Positions 63,124 to 64,000 of a DNA stretch of 64,000 nt are shown in pieces. The translations under genes were made by a program, and so were the position numbers. The stretch lies in NCBI GenBank assembly GCA_902778115.1, contig CACYWG010000003.1, forward strand, positions 9,891 to 73,890. The letters are read 5' to 3'. The notes under the pieces are model-generated. The model did no database searches. It was not told where the DNA came from and saw only the letters and a list, made by a program, of their open reading frames with translations. Source of the stretch: Oscillospiraceae bacterium (GTDB taxonomy: Bacteria > Bacillota > Clostridia > Oscillospirales > Oscillospiraceae). Each line of letters opens with the position of its first letter. Within the stretch, counting starts at the first letter, position 1.

Positions 63124-64000
63124 TATGAGACAAAGCCTTGGTATCTATATCCATATCCCCTTCTGTGCCAGCAAGTGCAGCTACTGCGACTTCTATTCGC
63201 TGGCCGGCTGTGAAGGGCTGATCCCCTCCTACCAGGACGCGCTGCTGGAGCACCTGGACGAATCCGGGCCGAGCATCAAGAAATACGAGGTGGACACGGT
63301 CTACTTCGGCGGCGGCACGCCCAGCTTCTACGGGGCCGACCGCATCTGCGAGCTCTTCAACGCCGTCAAGATGAACGGCAACGTCCGCCTGGACGCGGAG
63401 GTGACCGTGGAGGTCAACCCCGACAGCATCAGCCTCAACGCGCTGCGCCTGCTGCGCGGCGAGGGCGTCAACCGCCTGTCGATCGGCGTGCAGGCCTCGG
63501 ACAACAACCTGCTCAAGCTCATCGGCCGCCGGCATAATTTCCAGCAGGCGCAGAAGGCCGTCTACAACGCCCGGATGGCCGGCTTTGACAACGTCAGCAT
63601 CGATCTGATGTACGGCCTGCCCAGCCAGACCAAGAGCGACTGGGCCGAGACTCTGGCCAGGACCGTGGAGCTGCACCCCGAGCACATCTCCTGCTACGCG
63701 CTCAAGCTCGAGCCGGGCACGCCGATGTACAAGGACTACCGCAACTCCCCCATTCTGCCGGACGACGACGAGCAGGCCGACATGTACTGCTACGCCGCTG
63801 AGATGCTCGACCGCTACGGCTACAAGCAGTACGAGATCTCCAATTTCTGCGCGCCGGGCTTTGAAAGCCGCCACAACCTGAAATACTGGCGGCTGGACGA
63901 TTACATGGGCTTCGGCCCCGGCGCCCATTCGAGCGTGGGCAACCTGCGCTACAGCTTCGTCAAGGATCTGCGGCGTTATATCAGCGGCGTGCAGCGCAAG
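63124..64000 (+). CDS. hemW: Radical SAM family heme chaperone HemW / oxygen-independent coproporphyrinogen oxidase-like (3' end off the window)
   Basis: Absent from the ORF track (no stop in the window). My translation from the ATG at 63124 reads MRQSLGIYIHIPFCASKCSYCDFYS...VYFGGGTPSF...NRLSIGVQ. This is the CxxxCxxC radical SAM and HemN/HemW pattern. Confidence 0.85.

Overview
64-kb chromosomal segment of a high-GC, endospore-forming Firmicute. It is class Clostridia; gene content and codon style resemble Oscillospiraceae/Ruminococcaceae-type anaerobes, but the taxon is inference only. I call about 57 protein-coding genes. Two run off the window edges and are therefore missing from the ORF track: polC at the left and a hemW-like gene at the right. 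Almost everything is conserved housekeeping: pyrH-frr-uppS-(AlkD-like)-dxr-rseP-ispG-polC, spoIIGA-sigE, a TRAP (dctPQM) and a TTT (tctCBA) transporter operon, rpsO-pnp, typA, an ECF sigma/anti-sigma pair, glgC-glgD-glgP, pth-prs, prfB, rubrerythrin, a MocR regulator with a divergent ECF S-component, lgt, holB-ricT and htpG. I saw no rRNA, tRNA, CRISPR array, transposase, integrase or recognisable defence/toxin genes. Most long ORFs in the track that lie opposite these genes are high-GC antisense shadows. Four things deserve a second look. (1) A 2,286-codon single-chain cyclic-beta-1,2-glucan-synthase-like enzyme (GT84 + TM block + alpha/alpha barrel + GH94) has no exporter partner in view. 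(2) pnp is split into four ORF pieces by three short out-of-frame internal deletions, while every neighbouring gene is intact. (3) There are structured intergenic repeats: GGAATTC/GGAGTTC heptamer arrays at five sites (four intergenic regions), a multi-hairpin CTTCCCCTCGAGGGGAAG element at two loci, and a 27-bp inverted repeat; two of these bracket an AT-richer ECF sigma cassette. (4) An Fe-S flavoprotein-hypA two-gene operon sits with no hydrogenase nearby. I do not see a clear-cut novel multi-gene system; the window is largely ordinary core genome. All homology statements are from reading motifs by eye, not from database searches.
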